Shown: positions 1-9,448 of the stretch, in pieces
How the letters are laid out: every line of letters begins with the position of its first letter
Numbering within the stretch: position 1 is the stretch's first letter
Notes under the pieces: model-generated
Database searches by the model: none
What the model saw: the letters and a program-made list of their open reading frames with translations, nothing else
Told to the model about the DNA's origin: nothing
Source of the DNA: a candidate division WWE3 bacterium
Lineage (GTDB): Bacteria; Patescibacteriota; WWE3; UBA101185; UBA10185
Assembly (NCBI GenBank): GCA_052035175.1
Contig: JBPOHV010000001.1
Span: 105,569-169,568 of the forward strand
Direction: 5' to 3'
DNA: 64,000 nt
Program-made: the position numbers and the translations under genes

Positions 1-10
1 AAAAACAATT

Positions 11-1195
11 TTGAGTGAGTCTTTTGCAGCGATATTAAATCAAACATTTTCTCTCAAGAATGTAGTTTTGGTTTATTCTGTAGAAGAAAAATATTCAGAG
101 CGAGTTTTATCAGATTTGCATGAAATTACAGATCCCCATGCTGGGCTTTTTTCAAAGATATTATTTTATGTGCATCCCCAAAATATAGAAGGGGAGGCTC
201 GTGGTGTTGCAGGCGCAAACAGAAATTGGGGAGCAAAACACGCAGTCTCAGAATTATTTGAAGCGCATGAAAATTTACGCAATTATTTATTTTTGACATA
301 CGATGCCGACAGTGTGCTTGATAAGCAATTTCTATCTCGGTTGGTGCATTTATATTTAACTTCAGATAAGCGCGACAACAAATTTTATTCTACAGCTGTA
401 CATCTTTTTAACAATAATATTTGGAATGTTCCTATGTTGATGCGCATAGAGGCAAACATGGTTACACTTGGTTCTTTGTCTGATTGGGTAACAACATCAA
501 AAAGAGTTAAAGACACTTTTTCTTGTTATGCTGCATCATTAAACACTTTGATTGCTGCTAATTATTGGGATTCTCAGCTTGGAATAGACGACACGATCTT
601 TTATTGGCGAGCTTTTTTTGCACGTAATGGTGATTTTGAGGGAGCTGAGCATTATATTCCTTACTCTGCCGATGCAGTGCAAGCAGAGACTTATGCAAAA
701 TCACACGTTAGCATGTACAAACAACTTTTGCGCTGGGGATGGGGTGTTATATCATTACCACTTTCTATGACCGAATTTTTGAAACGTAAAAATATTCCAT
801 TTAGTATTAAATTACATTGGTTTATCAAACATATCGAAATGAAAGTCGTCATGATCACTGTTGTGTTCTTGATGACATTTGGAATATCTCTTGCGACTTT
901 GATAAATCCTCATGCAAGACAGCTAAATTTGGTCTATAGTTTACCAAATCTGATGAGCATGATTTTGACTTTCACAATGTTTCTGTTGATTCCTGTTACG
1001 TACTATCGCTTGGCTCTGATAAAACCTATGCCAAAAAACTGGAACATACTAAAAAAGTTTCTTGTATTTATGGAAGGTCCACTTGTGATAGTCAATTTGT
1101 TTACTTATTCTTTTCTACCTTGGATCGAAGCTCAGACTCGGATGATGTTGGGTAAAAAGATGGTGAATTTGCACTATACACAAAAACAACGCTAA
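11..1195 (+). CDS. GT2-like membrane glycosyltransferase (probably 5'-truncated by window edge)
   Basis: YDADS (DxD), DD catalytic pair, QLLRW (QxxRW) motif, C-terminal TM helices. Confidence 0.75.
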   Translation: MSESFAAILNQTFSLKNVVLVYSVEEKYSERVLSDLHEITDPHAGLFSKILFYVHPQNIEGEARGVAGANRNWGAKHAVSELFEAHENLRNYLFLTYDADSVLDKQFLSRLVHLYLTSDKRDNKFYSTAVHLFNNNIWNVPMLMRIEANMVTLGSLSDWVTTSKRVKDTFSCYAASLNTLIAANYWDSQLGIDDTIFYWRAFFARNGDFEGAEHYIPYSADAVQAETYAKSHVSMYKQLLRWGWGVISLPLSMTEFLKRKNIPFSIKLHWFIKHIEMKVVMITVVFLMTFGISLATLINPHARQLNLVYSLPNLMSMILTFTMFLLIPVTYYRLALIKPMPKNWNILKKFLVFMEGPLVIVNLFTYSFLPWIEAQTRMMLGKKMVNLHYTQKQR

Positions 1196-1212
1196 TATGA
1201 GATACACATCAT

Positions 1213-2709
1213 ATGTCAAAATTTTTTAACAAAATTTATTTATATAGATTTCTTACATTCTTACAGAACACATCAAAAAATTCATTGTCACCTATTTTGA
1301 TCGTAAACACTATTATTATTGTGTTTCAATTTATTTATTTAAAGCTGCGCTGGACTTTCATTTCAGCAGAGATTCCTTTTTGGTACACAAAGCCATGGGG
1401 GCTTGCGCAACTGAGTCATAAAGAAAATTTATTTTACATTCCTGGTATATCCACTTTGTTTGTAATCTTTGGTGTTGTTTTTTTAATCTTGCTGCATAAA
1501 GCATTTGTCACACATGTGTATAAAACTGTTTTTGTAATAACAACTTTGTGTAATTTACTTTTGACATTTTCATTGCTCAGAATAATCTTTGTATCGTCTA
1601 CACCTTTCACACCATTGATAAACCCTTTGTATGTAGACTTGTTTATCCCATTTTTAATAGCATTTTTGGGAGTGTATTTGTTAACGCCGGTATTTATAGA
1701 CATATATAAGAAATACGGTTTGATTACAAACCCTCGGGTACATACTCATCCCGGAATGGCGTTGAAAGATGCATCGGCACGAGGCGGTGGTTTCATTTTT
1801 GTTGTTGTTTTTATTTTGGTTGCGTCAGTATTTGTCGGGTTTATAAATAAACAAGTCGTTGGTATTTTTTTGTCAGTTTTGTTACTTGCTTTATTGGGCT
1901 TATTCGATGATTATCAAAATACGCACCCAAATACGCAGATGCGTATTTTAGAAAATCCGGCATTGCGTTTACTTTTGATGATATCTATTGTTTCCATTGT
2001 TGTGTTGTCTGGTGTAAGTATAGATAGTGTTACTACTTTGCCTTGGGGTTTGGGCAACTTGACGCTCTTCCCACACTTAAATGACATTTTCACGATTATT
2101 TGGATTGTTTGGGTTTTGAATGTGTTGTCATGGTCAAACGGAATTGATGGTCAATACAATGGTGTTGTAGGAGTTGCTTTGTTGATACTTTTAATCTTGG
2201 CATTAAGATTTGTTCCTCTTGAGGATATCAATGTTAAATATGCCACACTGGCTGCAATTGCTTCTGGTGCTGCATTTGGATTTACAAAATATGTTTGGTA
2301 TCCGTCAAAAATTATGTGGGGATTTGGCGCAGTTTGTGCAGGTTTGATTTTGTCTAGCTTATCAATTTTGATCAGTGCAAAAATCACAGTTTCTGTATTG
2401 ATAATTTTGATTCCCTTTTTGGATGCTGTAGTTTCAGTTATTAGGAGATTATTACAAAGAAAGAATCCGTTGAAAGGCGATAGATTTCATTTACATCATT
2501 TGCTTATGTTACGTGGCTGGTCTGTACCGAGAGTGGCTATATTTTATTGGTCTACCACAATTTTATTTGGTTCTATTGCCCTTTTTTCGTCTGAAAAGAT
2601 GTTACTTCAGTTGGCTTTGATCTTAGTTGGGTTCGTTGGTTCTATTATTGTTGTATTGAACGTAATAACAACAAGATTGCAACAGCAGAAGCAACTACCT
2701 GAGTCGTAA
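1213..2709 (+). CDS. WecA/MraY-family undecaprenyl-phosphate sugar-1-phosphate transferase with extra N-terminal membrane domain
   Basis: RGGG, LGLFDD, NGIDG, PSKIMWG, IPFLDA...RRLL...HLHHLL motifs. Confidence 0.8.
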   Translation: MSKFFNKIYLYRFLTFLQNTSKNSLSPILIVNTIIIVFQFIYLKLRWTFISAEIPFWYTKPWGLAQLSHKENLFYIPGISTLFVIFGVVFLILLHKAFVTHVYKTVFVITTLCNLLLTFSLLRIIFVSSTPFTPLINPLYVDLFIPFLIAFLGVYLLTPVFIDIYKKYGLITNPRVHTHPGMALKDASARGGGFIFVVVFILVASVFVGFINKQVVGIFLSVLLLALLGLFDDYQNTHPNTQMRILENPALRLLLMISIVSIVVLSGVSIDSVTTLPWGLGNLTLFPHLNDIFTIIWIVWVLNVLSWSNGIDGQYNGVVGVALLILLILALRFVPLEDINVKYATLAAIASGAAFGFTKYVWYPSKIMWGFGAVCAGLILSSLSILISAKITVSVLIILIPFLDAVVSVIRRLLQRKNPLKGDRFHLHHLLMLRGWSVPRVAIFYWSTTILFGSIALFSSEKMLLQLALILVGFVGSIIVVLNVITTRLQQQKQLPES

Positions 2710-3121
2710 TCCCAACGAAAAACCCCGCGCGTGTTTGTAATTTACTTTGTATTGCATGCATTATCGTAAATAATGCGTTTGGATTTTTTAAATAAAGCCA
2801 CGGTCCTGTAAGCACATCAGGTAGTACAGAAGCGATTCCGCATACGAACACATTTAGCGCAAGAGAGGTGTCGTGTAATACCCATAACGCATATAATGTG
2901 GCAGCTGTTCCAATGGCTACACCAATAGCCAAATCAGCCATAACTGCAAGCGGTCGCCAGCCTTCTTTACGATTTTCTTTAGGTACATTCGTATAAAAAT
3001 CCCAATGCGGTACTACGTCATAAACAAAGTGCATTACAAAAGACAATGGTGCGGCGATCAAAGGATTTGGAATCAATGTCGCTATGGCAATCCCAGTAAG
3101 TGTGTGTGGTATTAATAACAT
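2645..3121 (-). CDS. membrane protein, putative metal-dependent hydrolase-like
   Basis: HTLTG, HFVYDVVPHWD, LPD and H..Q motifs; convergent overlap with the upstream gene. Confidence 0.55.
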   Translation of the reverse strand: MLLIPHTLTGIAIATLIPNPLIAAPLSFVMHFVYDVVPHWDFYTNVPKENRKEGWRPLAVMADLAIGVAIGTAATLYALWVLHDTSLALNVFVCGIASVLPDVLTGPWLYLKNPNALFTIMHAIQSKLQTRAGFFVGITTQVVASAVAILLLLRSIQQ

Positions 3122-3180
3122 ATGCCTAAAATAGTACAGTATTTGCTTTGATAATTCTAATATTCTACAATGTTGCTATT

Positions 3181-3849
3181 ATGAGGATTCTTCTTATCGA
3201 AGACGATCCTGCCTATTTAGACCTTATTATAGATAACGTTAAAGATTCGTTTGTAGTGGATGCAGCCTTTGATAGTAGTGATGCGTCTTATTTATCAGAA
3301 ATCAATGATTATGATTTGATATATGTAGACAATTCATTGCCAGATAAACCAGGTATAACTGTTTGTCAAAGACTGCGCGATCGTGAAATTAGCTCACCAA
3401 TATTGTTCGCATATGATAGTAACTTACAGAGTTTGAGAACGCTTTCATTAGAGTATGGTGCTGATCTATCATTACAGAAACCTTTTAACTCTCGCGATTT
3501 GAGAGCAAATATCCAATCGCTTTTACGTCGCAAGTACGGTTCTTTTTCTTCCAATTTTAAATACAAACATTTAGAAGTAGATTTGATGAAAAAGTCTGTG
3601 CGTGTATCGGGTAACTCTATTGTAATAAGACGTAAGGAGTATGAAATATTGGAGTATCTAATCATAAATAAAGGCAAAGTTGTAGGACAAGAAGAGTTGA
3701 TAGAGCATTTATGGCGACCGGGTACTTATAACCTATCAAATGTACTTGAAGTCCACATCAAAAACTTGAGAGATAAGATAGATAGACCTTATGGTACCAA
3801 GATAATAACAACTGTTTATGGACTAGGATACAAAATATCTGTAGGATAG
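3181..3849 (+). CDS. OmpR-family response regulator (orphan)
   Basis: MRILLIEDD receiver, D..LPD..G, KPF, winged-helix EVHIKNLRDKI...TVYGLGY. Confidence 0.85.
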   Translation: MRILLIEDDPAYLDLIIDNVKDSFVVDAAFDSSDASYLSEINDYDLIYVDNSLPDKPGITVCQRLRDREISSPILFAYDSNLQSLRTLSLEYGADLSLQKPFNSRDLRANIQSLLRRKYGSFSSNFKYKHLEVDLMKKSVRVSGNSIVIRRKEYEILEYLIINKGKVVGQEELIEHLWRPGTYNLSNVLEVHIKNLRDKIDRPYGTKIITTVYGLGYKISVG

Positions 3850-3859
3850 CATTATGATA

Positions 3860-4807
3860 ATGTATTTATATCACATACTAAGGACAGCGCGACCACGACA
3901 ATGGCTAAAGAACGGTGCGGTTTTTGCTGCTCCTTTTTTTGTCGGCACGTTGCTTGATGCTGATACATTTACAACCTCAGTTTATGCCTTCATTTCGTTT
4001 TGTGCTTTGGCTTCTGGTATATACTTTTTGAATGATGTTGTCGATGTTACCAAAGACAAATCGCACCCTGTAAAAAAGAATCGTGCTATTGCTTCAGGCA
4101 AAGTTTCTACAAACTCTGCGCTTTGTATAAGCGCTGTACTAATATCTAGTTCTGTTATTTTTGCTGCGCAGACAGTAGGTAATTTTTTTGCATTCACATT
4201 ACTTGGTTACTTAGCGCTTATGTTGTCTTACGTTTTTTATTTTCGAAACGTAATTATTTTGGATTCGTTGGTTATTGCCACGGGGTTTGTTTTTAGAGTT
4301 ATTGCAGGGGGAATTGCGACAACTACCTCCATATCTTCTTGGCTTGCACTGACCACTATTGGTATTTCATTGCTTTTGGCTTTTGGTAAACGTAGGTCAG
4401 AAAAAACATTATTGAAGCAATATACCAGTACTACTGAAGACATAAAAACTCGTGAAACACTCAGACATTACCCAGATACACTTTTGGACAGTATGATTTC
4501 TATGTCTGCAACTTACACAATTATTACTTACTCGTTATTCACTTTTCAAATCTCTGAAGATTTTGATGGCAAAGTAGTTTTGAGCTACCTCCCATCAATC
4601 CTGAGAAGTCCCAAACTTATGATGTTGACTATTCCGTTTGTAATTTATGGTGTAGCACGCTATTTATATGTAGTTTATGAAAAGAAAGAAGGCGAATCTC
4701 CAGAAAGAGTTTTACTTTCAGACAAGCCAATGTTGTTTACAATCTTTGCATGGGGCTTTTTTATCTTTGTTTTATTATACCTTCTTCCAGGTATCGATCG
4801 TTTATAG
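3860..4807 (+). CDS. UbiA-family prenyltransferase (decaprenyl-phosphate phosphoribosyltransferase-like)
   Basis: RPRQWLKN, YFLNDVVD..KDKSHPVKKNRAIASG, KRRSE, GESPE motifs. Confidence 0.85.
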   Translation: MYLYHILRTARPRQWLKNGAVFAAPFFVGTLLDADTFTTSVYAFISFCALASGIYFLNDVVDVTKDKSHPVKKNRAIASGKVSTNSALCISAVLISSSVIFAAQTVGNFFAFTLLGYLALMLSYVFYFRNVIILDSLVIATGFVFRVIAGGIATTTSISSWLALTTIGISLLLAFGKRRSEKTLLKQYTSTTEDIKTRETLRHYPDTLLDSMISMSATYTIITYSLFTFQISEDFDGKVVLSYLPSILRSPKLMMLTIPFVIYGVARYLYVVYEKKEGESPERVLLSDKPMLFTIFAWGFFIFVLLYLLPGIDRL

Positions 4808-5000
4808 GCGCGTATCTAACAGAATTTGTTGATTCTTTTATACCCTGTGTGTTGTAATCATTTCTTTGTGATTGTGTAGAAAGTACATTATTCGGAGAAT
4901 GCGTATTGCTTATGTTCACCCATCCAATCGCCCCGATAGGCAAAGCAAGTACAGCGATAAGCAATATTAACAATAAAGTATCCATGACCATTCTTTGCAT
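4761..5000 (-). CDS. small membrane-anchored hypothetical protein
   Basis: N-terminal TM; abuts upstream same-strand ORF. Confidence 0.5.
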   Translation of the reverse strand: MQRMVMDTLLLILLIAVLALPIGAIGWVNISNTHSPNNVLSTQSQRNDYNTQGIKESTNSVRYAPINDRYLEEGIIKQR

Positions 5001-5001
5001 A

Positions 5002-5544
5002 TTACTCTGCTTTCCACCCTTGAAAATTTGATGATTTGTTTAAATCTATTTCATTTTCTACATCGATAACAAGGAGCGCTGTGGCTATTATGGTTAGTAT
5101 CAAGCTTGTATAAAATACCCATGATTCTACGGCATTATAGACTAACATTAAGCCAGAAATTGCTGTGAGTAAGTATGAAAATAAAAGCCAGATTGTTGCG
5201 TATGAATAAAGATCAAATGAATTATCGATTATAGCGCTGAGGTTGAGAGAAAATAGTTTTGCAGTAAGTCCTGGTTTTATATGCGTATCATGAAATATAA
5301 AAGCTTTTAGTAATACGTAAACAAGTGCTATAGCAAGTACTGCTATCATAGCAAAAAGTGAGTAAGTGTTAGCGATCTTGTATTCGCTTGCGCTTTCAAA
5401 AACAAAACCATTTTGGCTCATACTTATATTGAAGCCGTAATACTTACTTACTCCGATGAGAAATGCAAATCTGACACTTAGCAGTGTGAGTGCAGGCACT
5501 ATTGCTTGATCTATAAGTTTTACCAAAATCTTAGAAAATTTCAT
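5002..5544 (-). CDS. hypothetical 4-TM membrane protein
   Basis: 180-aa hydrophobic ORF, -10-like box just upstream. Confidence 0.7.
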   Translation of the reverse strand: MKFSKILVKLIDQAIVPALTLLSVRFAFLIGVSKYYGFNISMSQNGFVFESASEYKIANTYSLFAMIAVLAIALVYVLLKAFIFHDTHIKPGLTAKLFSLNLSAIIDNSFDLYSYATIWLLFSYLLTAISGLMLVYNAVESWVFYTSLILTIIATALLVIDVENEIDLNKSSNFQGWKAE

Positions 5545-5569
5545 GGCAGGTTGATATGATAATACTATT

Positions 5570-6880
5570 ATGCAGAAAGTTCAGTCAATGTCAGTATTTT
5601 TTCTTTATGCACTATTAGCATTTATTACACCTATTATTGTATTACCTTTGACTCGTGAAGCATATGAGTTTCCAAAGCTGACGTTTGTCTATTTAATATT
5701 TTGTGTAATAGCCGCCATATTCATTTTGAGTGGTAAGTATTTGGGACTGAAAAAAGAAAAAGTTGCAAAGGTTGCACATGAACGTGAATCTGCCTTGGAA
5801 ACAAGGTTCGTGCTTAACTTTGGGGGGCTGCGTGACCATTGGCTTATATATCTGAGTTTGCTTTTTTTGATTGTAAATGTCGTATCGGTTGCTATCAATT
5901 TTTTTAGCGGGGATTTACATTTGTATACAGCAGTTTGGGGGTATTATGGGAGATATAATGGTGGTTTAGCTTCGCTTTTTGTTTATACTTTTTTGTTTTT
6001 AATCTCTATTAGCTTTTTAAAAAAGAAAGATTTTGATAATCTGTTAAATTTGGCACTATTTTCTACAGTTCCTATATGTTTGTATGCATTTATCCAAAAA
6101 ATAGGATTTGTAGATATAGACGGTATACGTTTGTATTCAACTTTTGGACAACCCAATTGGTTAGCGTCATATTTAGTCTTTTTTATACCTATAGTTTTAT
6201 ACAGAGCATTGCTTGGTAGTTATAGGATACTTTGGTTTTGTCTGAGCTTGGTTTTGTTTGCAGTAGTATGGTTAACTTTTTCATTATCTGGTTTGTTGGG
6301 AGTGATTTGTGGTGTGGCCTATTTACTTTTGAGCATTAGGCATAAATTTGCAAAAAAATATTGGCTTGCCGGTTTAGTTACTCTGTTGCTTGTGCTAGGT
6401 TTTTCAACTTTGTTTTCTACACTTATGCAACAAAAACTGCACGATGCATTAATTGTTATTTTCAACCCATCTCCACAGCACTATGCTTTATCAGACCCGG
6501 GCTTTATTAGACTTTCTGTATGGCAAAGCACAGTCAAAATGTACACTCAAGATTTAAAAACAGTTTTATTTGGAATTGGCCCAGAACAATTTGTTTATCA
6601 GTTGCCATTTTTTAGAGCAAATTCGCTAAATTATTCTTCTGAGTGGGATTTTGTAATAAATAAACCACACAATTATTTCTTGGAGATATTGGTAGAAACG
6701 GGTTTGCTTGGCTTAGTAGTGTTTTGTTTGATTGTAATTGAATTATTTAAAAGACTAGATGGTCAAACTGTCGCGGGGTTTGTAGGTTTGTTGGTAGCAT
6801 TATTTTTTGGTTGGCCGGTTGTAAGTCTTGAGATTATTTTTTGGGTTGTGTTGTTAGGAAGAGCATGTATAAAAGATTAG
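5570..6880 (+). CDS. O-antigen ligase / Wzy_C-family membrane protein
   Basis: RLYSTFGQPNWLA, GIGPE, KPHNYFLEILVETG motifs. Confidence 0.8.
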   Translation: MQKVQSMSVFFLYALLAFITPIIVLPLTREAYEFPKLTFVYLIFCVIAAIFILSGKYLGLKKEKVAKVAHERESALETRFVLNFGGLRDHWLIYLSLLFLIVNVVSVAINFFSGDLHLYTAVWGYYGRYNGGLASLFVYTFLFLISISFLKKKDFDNLLNLALFSTVPICLYAFIQKIGFVDIDGIRLYSTFGQPNWLASYLVFFIPIVLYRALLGSYRILWFCLSLVLFAVVWLTFSLSGLLGVICGVAYLLLSIRHKFAKKYWLAGLVTLLLVLGFSTLFSTLMQQKLHDALIVIFNPSPQHYALSDPGFIRLSVWQSTVKMYTQDLKTVLFGIGPEQFVYQLPFFRANSLNYSSEWDFVINKPHNYFLEILVETGLLGLVVFCLIVIELFKRLDGQTVAGFVGLLVALFFGWPVVSLEIIFWVVLLGRACIKD

Positions 6881-7440
6881 GTATTAAAGTTTCATTACTA
6901 ACTTTGGTAGTTTTATTTGCAACATTTGTTGTGCGCATGTATTTGGCAGATGTTTACATGGTCAAAGCGCGTAGCTTTTTTGATACGTCAGATTATAAAC
7001 AAGTTATTAAATATGCCGACAAAGCTAGTGCTCACAACAACTTGGAACCAAGCTATTACGTATATCGTGCCAACGCTGTAGTATTGCAAACATTAACCCT
7101 CAAGCCAGAAGTAGCTGCATATTTGAAGTTGCAAGCATTAGCCGATATAGAATATGCGATTAGTTTAAATAAAATCAACTTGGTAACTTTGAGAAACTCT
7201 TTGCCAGTTTATTTTTATATGGCATACAATGCTGCAGCCGACTATTCATATAGTGATGACTACTTTTTACAACAAACCCACGCATACCTGGCAAAGTTGA
7301 AAACGGATTATTCAAATGATGCTGGTGTGCTGGTAGAGATTGCAGAAATTGAAAACTCACTCTCTATGCAAAACGAATACAAGGAGACTATAGAATTGAT
7401 TAGAGAACTTCGCCCAGACTTGCTGGAATGGAAATTGTAG
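6865..7440 (+). CDS. TPR-like protein with N-terminal TM, coupled to the ligase gene
   Basis: ATG at 6865 overlaps upstream stop; helical TPR-like pattern. Confidence 0.6.
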   Translation: MYKRLGIKVSLLTLVVLFATFVVRMYLADVYMVKARSFFDTSDYKQVIKYADKASAHNNLEPSYYVYRANAVVLQTLTLKPEVAAYLKLQALADIEYAISLNKINLVTLRNSLPVYFYMAYNAAADYSYSDDYFLQQTHAYLAKLKTDYSNDAGVLVEIAEIENSLSMQNEYKETIELIRELRPDLLEWKL

Positions 7441-7441
7441 T

Positions 7442-8593
7442 TTATTTAACTTCTGCGTAAGTCGCTGATACCCAGCCTTGTATAGTATCTGATACTTTTA
7501 TTTTGATCCATTCGGTTTGTTCTTCTAAAACTGGATATTTCTCACCAGTGTTAACTTTTGCAAGTTCTTTACCATTTGTATTTGGCAAATCTCTTACTCG
7601 TAACCATCCAAGGCCGGTTTCTAATATAGTTGCGTACTTGCTGGCTGTAATTCCAGATTTGACCAGCTCCAAAGATTTCACTGCTTCTGTAGTTAGGGCT
7701 GTATCGTCTTTGGATTTGTTTAAATATGCACCATTATCAGTTTTTGTAATCTTTTCTTTAATTTGTTCACTTGTGATACGCGCGCCTGTATTATCATAAA
7801 TATTACCTTTATAATCTACAAAGTAATCAAAAAAGCGGTCTTTCTTTATACCTTGTTCGGCGATGCTAAGACCTCGCGTATCATTCCAGTATAAAATCGC
7901 TTTTATCCAGTTGTCTGTATCATTTGCTGCATTTGAGTCTAACGTATAAACGTTGTACAAGCCTTGTGCGTCTTTGAATGTTTCTATTCGTGCTTGAGTA
8001 GGTGTGGGGAATAATTTCATAGACACGTTTAATGTGTAATCTTTTTTGATATTGAGCCTTGCGGTTTGTGCTTCGTATCCTGCAAGTTCAACTCGTATGT
8101 TATAGCTTCCATCAGTTAATTTATTTGAAGTATAAGGTGTTTTGCCTACATCTGTATTGTCAATAAAAACGCTTGCGTTTGATGGCGACGTAACTATACG
8201 TAAGATGTCTCCTGATTCGCTTGGTTCAAACCAAAATTCTTGGCCTGATGAAAATGTATCAGACACGCCTAAATCTCTAAATATTCCTACGTTGTGTATG
8301 TACCTTTTATTATTTGCCAAAAAGTTTATAGCTGTTTCGTATTGTCGTGTGTCAGTTTTCAATGTTATCTTGTTTTCGCCTGGTTTTATGTCTGTAGATT
8401 CAAATGGTGTTGCGCCAACGTATGCACCGTTTATATAAACTTCGGCTTTTTTATTTGAACTGTCTACTGATATCGCTGCTTTGCTTTTTATGCTGACCAA
8501 TGTTTTTACAAGATCTCCACCAAAGTAAACCAAAAGGCCTACTGCGATGATGCCTACGAGGTAAATAAGAAAGTTTTTAACCTTGGGATTCAT
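7442..8593 (-). CDS. PEGA-domain + SH3b-domain surface protein
   Basis: two PEGA repeats (AEVYINGAYVGATP; ASVFIDNTDVGKTP), C-terminal LRVR...WIKI...GWVSATY. Confidence 0.8.
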   Translation of the reverse strand: MNPKVKNFLIYLVGIIAVGLLVYFGGDLVKTLVSIKSKAAISVDSSNKKAEVYINGAYVGATPFESTDIKPGENKITLKTDTRQYETAINFLANNKRYIHNVGIFRDLGVSDTFSSGQEFWFEPSESGDILRIVTSPSNASVFIDNTDVGKTPYTSNKLTDGSYNIRVELAGYEAQTARLNIKKDYTLNVSMKLFPTPTQARIETFKDAQGLYNVYTLDSNAANDTDNWIKAILYWNDTRGLSIAEQGIKKDRFFDYFVDYKGNIYDNTGARITSEQIKEKITKTDNGAYLNKSKDDTALTTEAVKSLELVKSGITASKYATILETGLGWLRVRDLPNTNGKELAKVNTGEKYPVLEEQTEWIKIKVSDTIQGWVSATYAEVK

Positions 8594-8628
8594 ATTTAAA
8601 ATAATATCACATGCTATGGTATTCTACG

Positions 8629-8637
8629 TGATAAAAT
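8629..8637 (+). promoter_or_regulatory. extended -10 promoter (TGaTAAAAT) upstream of the tRNA-Cys/GIY-YIG locus
   Basis: sequence match; position just upstream of the degenerate tRNA copy. Confidence 0.45.
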
Positions 8638-8643
8638 TGGCAA

Positions 8644-8750
8644 GGTCGCGATAGCGATGTCGCCAAGTTCCGCCAAAGGCGGACAGGGTCCAGGCAAGGG
8701 TCTGCAACCAGCCTGCGACAGGCAGGTCCGCCTTCGGCGGACGATTTCCG
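8644..8750 (+). pseudogene. degenerate tRNA-Cys copy interrupted by GC-rich hairpins
   Basis: 8659-8668 = tRNA 9007-9016; 8692-8707 = tRNA 9021-9036; 8742-8750 ~ tRNA 9055-9063; hairpins at 8669-8683, 8708-8726, 8726-8742. Confidence 0.75.
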
Positions 8751-8762
8751 TTCATTTCCTAT

Positions 8763-9002
8763 ATGTATTATGTTTATATACTTAAACTCAGTGGTAAAAA
8801 ATCAGTGTATATTGGGTTTACTGCAGATTTAGACAGACGCCTTTCTGAACATAAAAGAGGTATAGTAAGATCAACAAGAAAAAACTTTGAAAAGCTGTTA
8901 TATTCTGAGCAGTTTGCTATTAAGGCTGATGCAATGAATAGAGAAAAGTGGTTGAAGAGTGGTGTAGGTAGAGAATGGTTACACAAAGAGTTTAGTGTGT
9001 GA
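8763..9002 (+). CDS. small GIY-YIG nuclease (UPF0213/SLX1-like)
   Basis: YVYIL...YIG.T.DL.RR..EH...E...A..RE..LK; TGA stop overlaps first 2 nt of tRNA-Cys. Confidence 0.9.
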   Translation: MYYVYILKLSGKKSVYIGFTADLDRRLSEHKRGIVRSTRKNFEKLLYSEQFAIKADAMNREKWLKSGVGREWLHKEFSV

Positions 9003-9075
9003 CCTGGTCGCCAAGTGGTAAGGCAAGGGTCTGCAAAACCCTTACACGCGGGTTCGATTCCCGCCCAGGTCTCCA
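9001..9075 (+). tRNA. tRNA-Cys (GCA), CCA encoded
   Basis: acceptor gacctgg/ccaggtc, anticodon arm aagggt-ctgcaaa-accctt, T-arm gcggg-ttcgatt-cccgc. Confidence 0.95.
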
Positions 9076-9091
9076 ATGATAAACAATGAGA

Positions 9092-9136
9092 GTCTGCAAT
9101 CCGCCAAAGGCGGACGATTCCCGCCCAGGTCTCCAA
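9092..9136 (+). repeat. duplicated tRNA-Cys 3' portion with hairpin TCCGCC-AAA-GGCGGA replacing tRNA nt 9037-9054
   Basis: 9092-9099 = 9029-9036; 9115-9136 = 9055-9076. Confidence 0.85.
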
Positions 9137-9187
9137 ATTATAGGCTTAAATCCGGTTTAACCGTACTATTTAAATATCTCTTCAAAA

Positions 9188-9216
9188 TTGACGTAACCTA
9201 TAGTGAGTGATATAAT
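9188..9216 (+). promoter_or_regulatory. sigma70 promoter TTGACG-N17-TATAAT (with extended TG)
   Basis: -35 at 9188-9193, -10 at 9211-9216. Confidence 0.7.
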
Positions 9217-9249
9217 TTATATCATTATATTACCAGTACCCTCTATTTC

Positions 9250-9442
9250 TGCTCTTTGAAAATGCCCATACTATTGGGTCGATCTATAAAGTGACTTTAG
9301 TTGTTGTAACGCCATTTTATAGGTCGACTCAGACTTAATCTCCTTTATTTAAATCTATGTCGATGCGTTGCCTTTTGAGCACATAACTATTGTTTTATGT
9401 TTGAAAGGCAGCGTATCCGTTGCATATTTAGATATAAGGAGA
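9250..9442 (+). ncRNA. long structured 5' leader (boxA-like TGCTCTTTGAAAA, two long G.U-containing hairpins, SD sequestered)
   Basis: 9278-9293 pairs 9313-9328; 9339-9345 pairs 9436-9442 (AAGGAGA); 9362-9375 pairs 9404-9417. Confidence 0.6.
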
Positions 9443-9448
9443 GTTCGC

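Noticed and set aside
6841-6880. possible frameshift splitting ligase and TPR domains
   Set aside because: Downstream ORF has its own ATG, purine-rich SD and TM; ordinary translational coupling suffices
8774-9136. 120-aa minus-strand ORF with repeated ETWAGI
   Set aside because: Antisense translation of tRNA-Cys, its duplicate and the GIY-YIG gene
8644-9136. CRISPR array or group I intron interpretation of the tRNA-Cys repeats
   Set aside because: No regular repeat-spacer period, no cas genes, no P/Q/R/S core seen, and the tRNA is already intact
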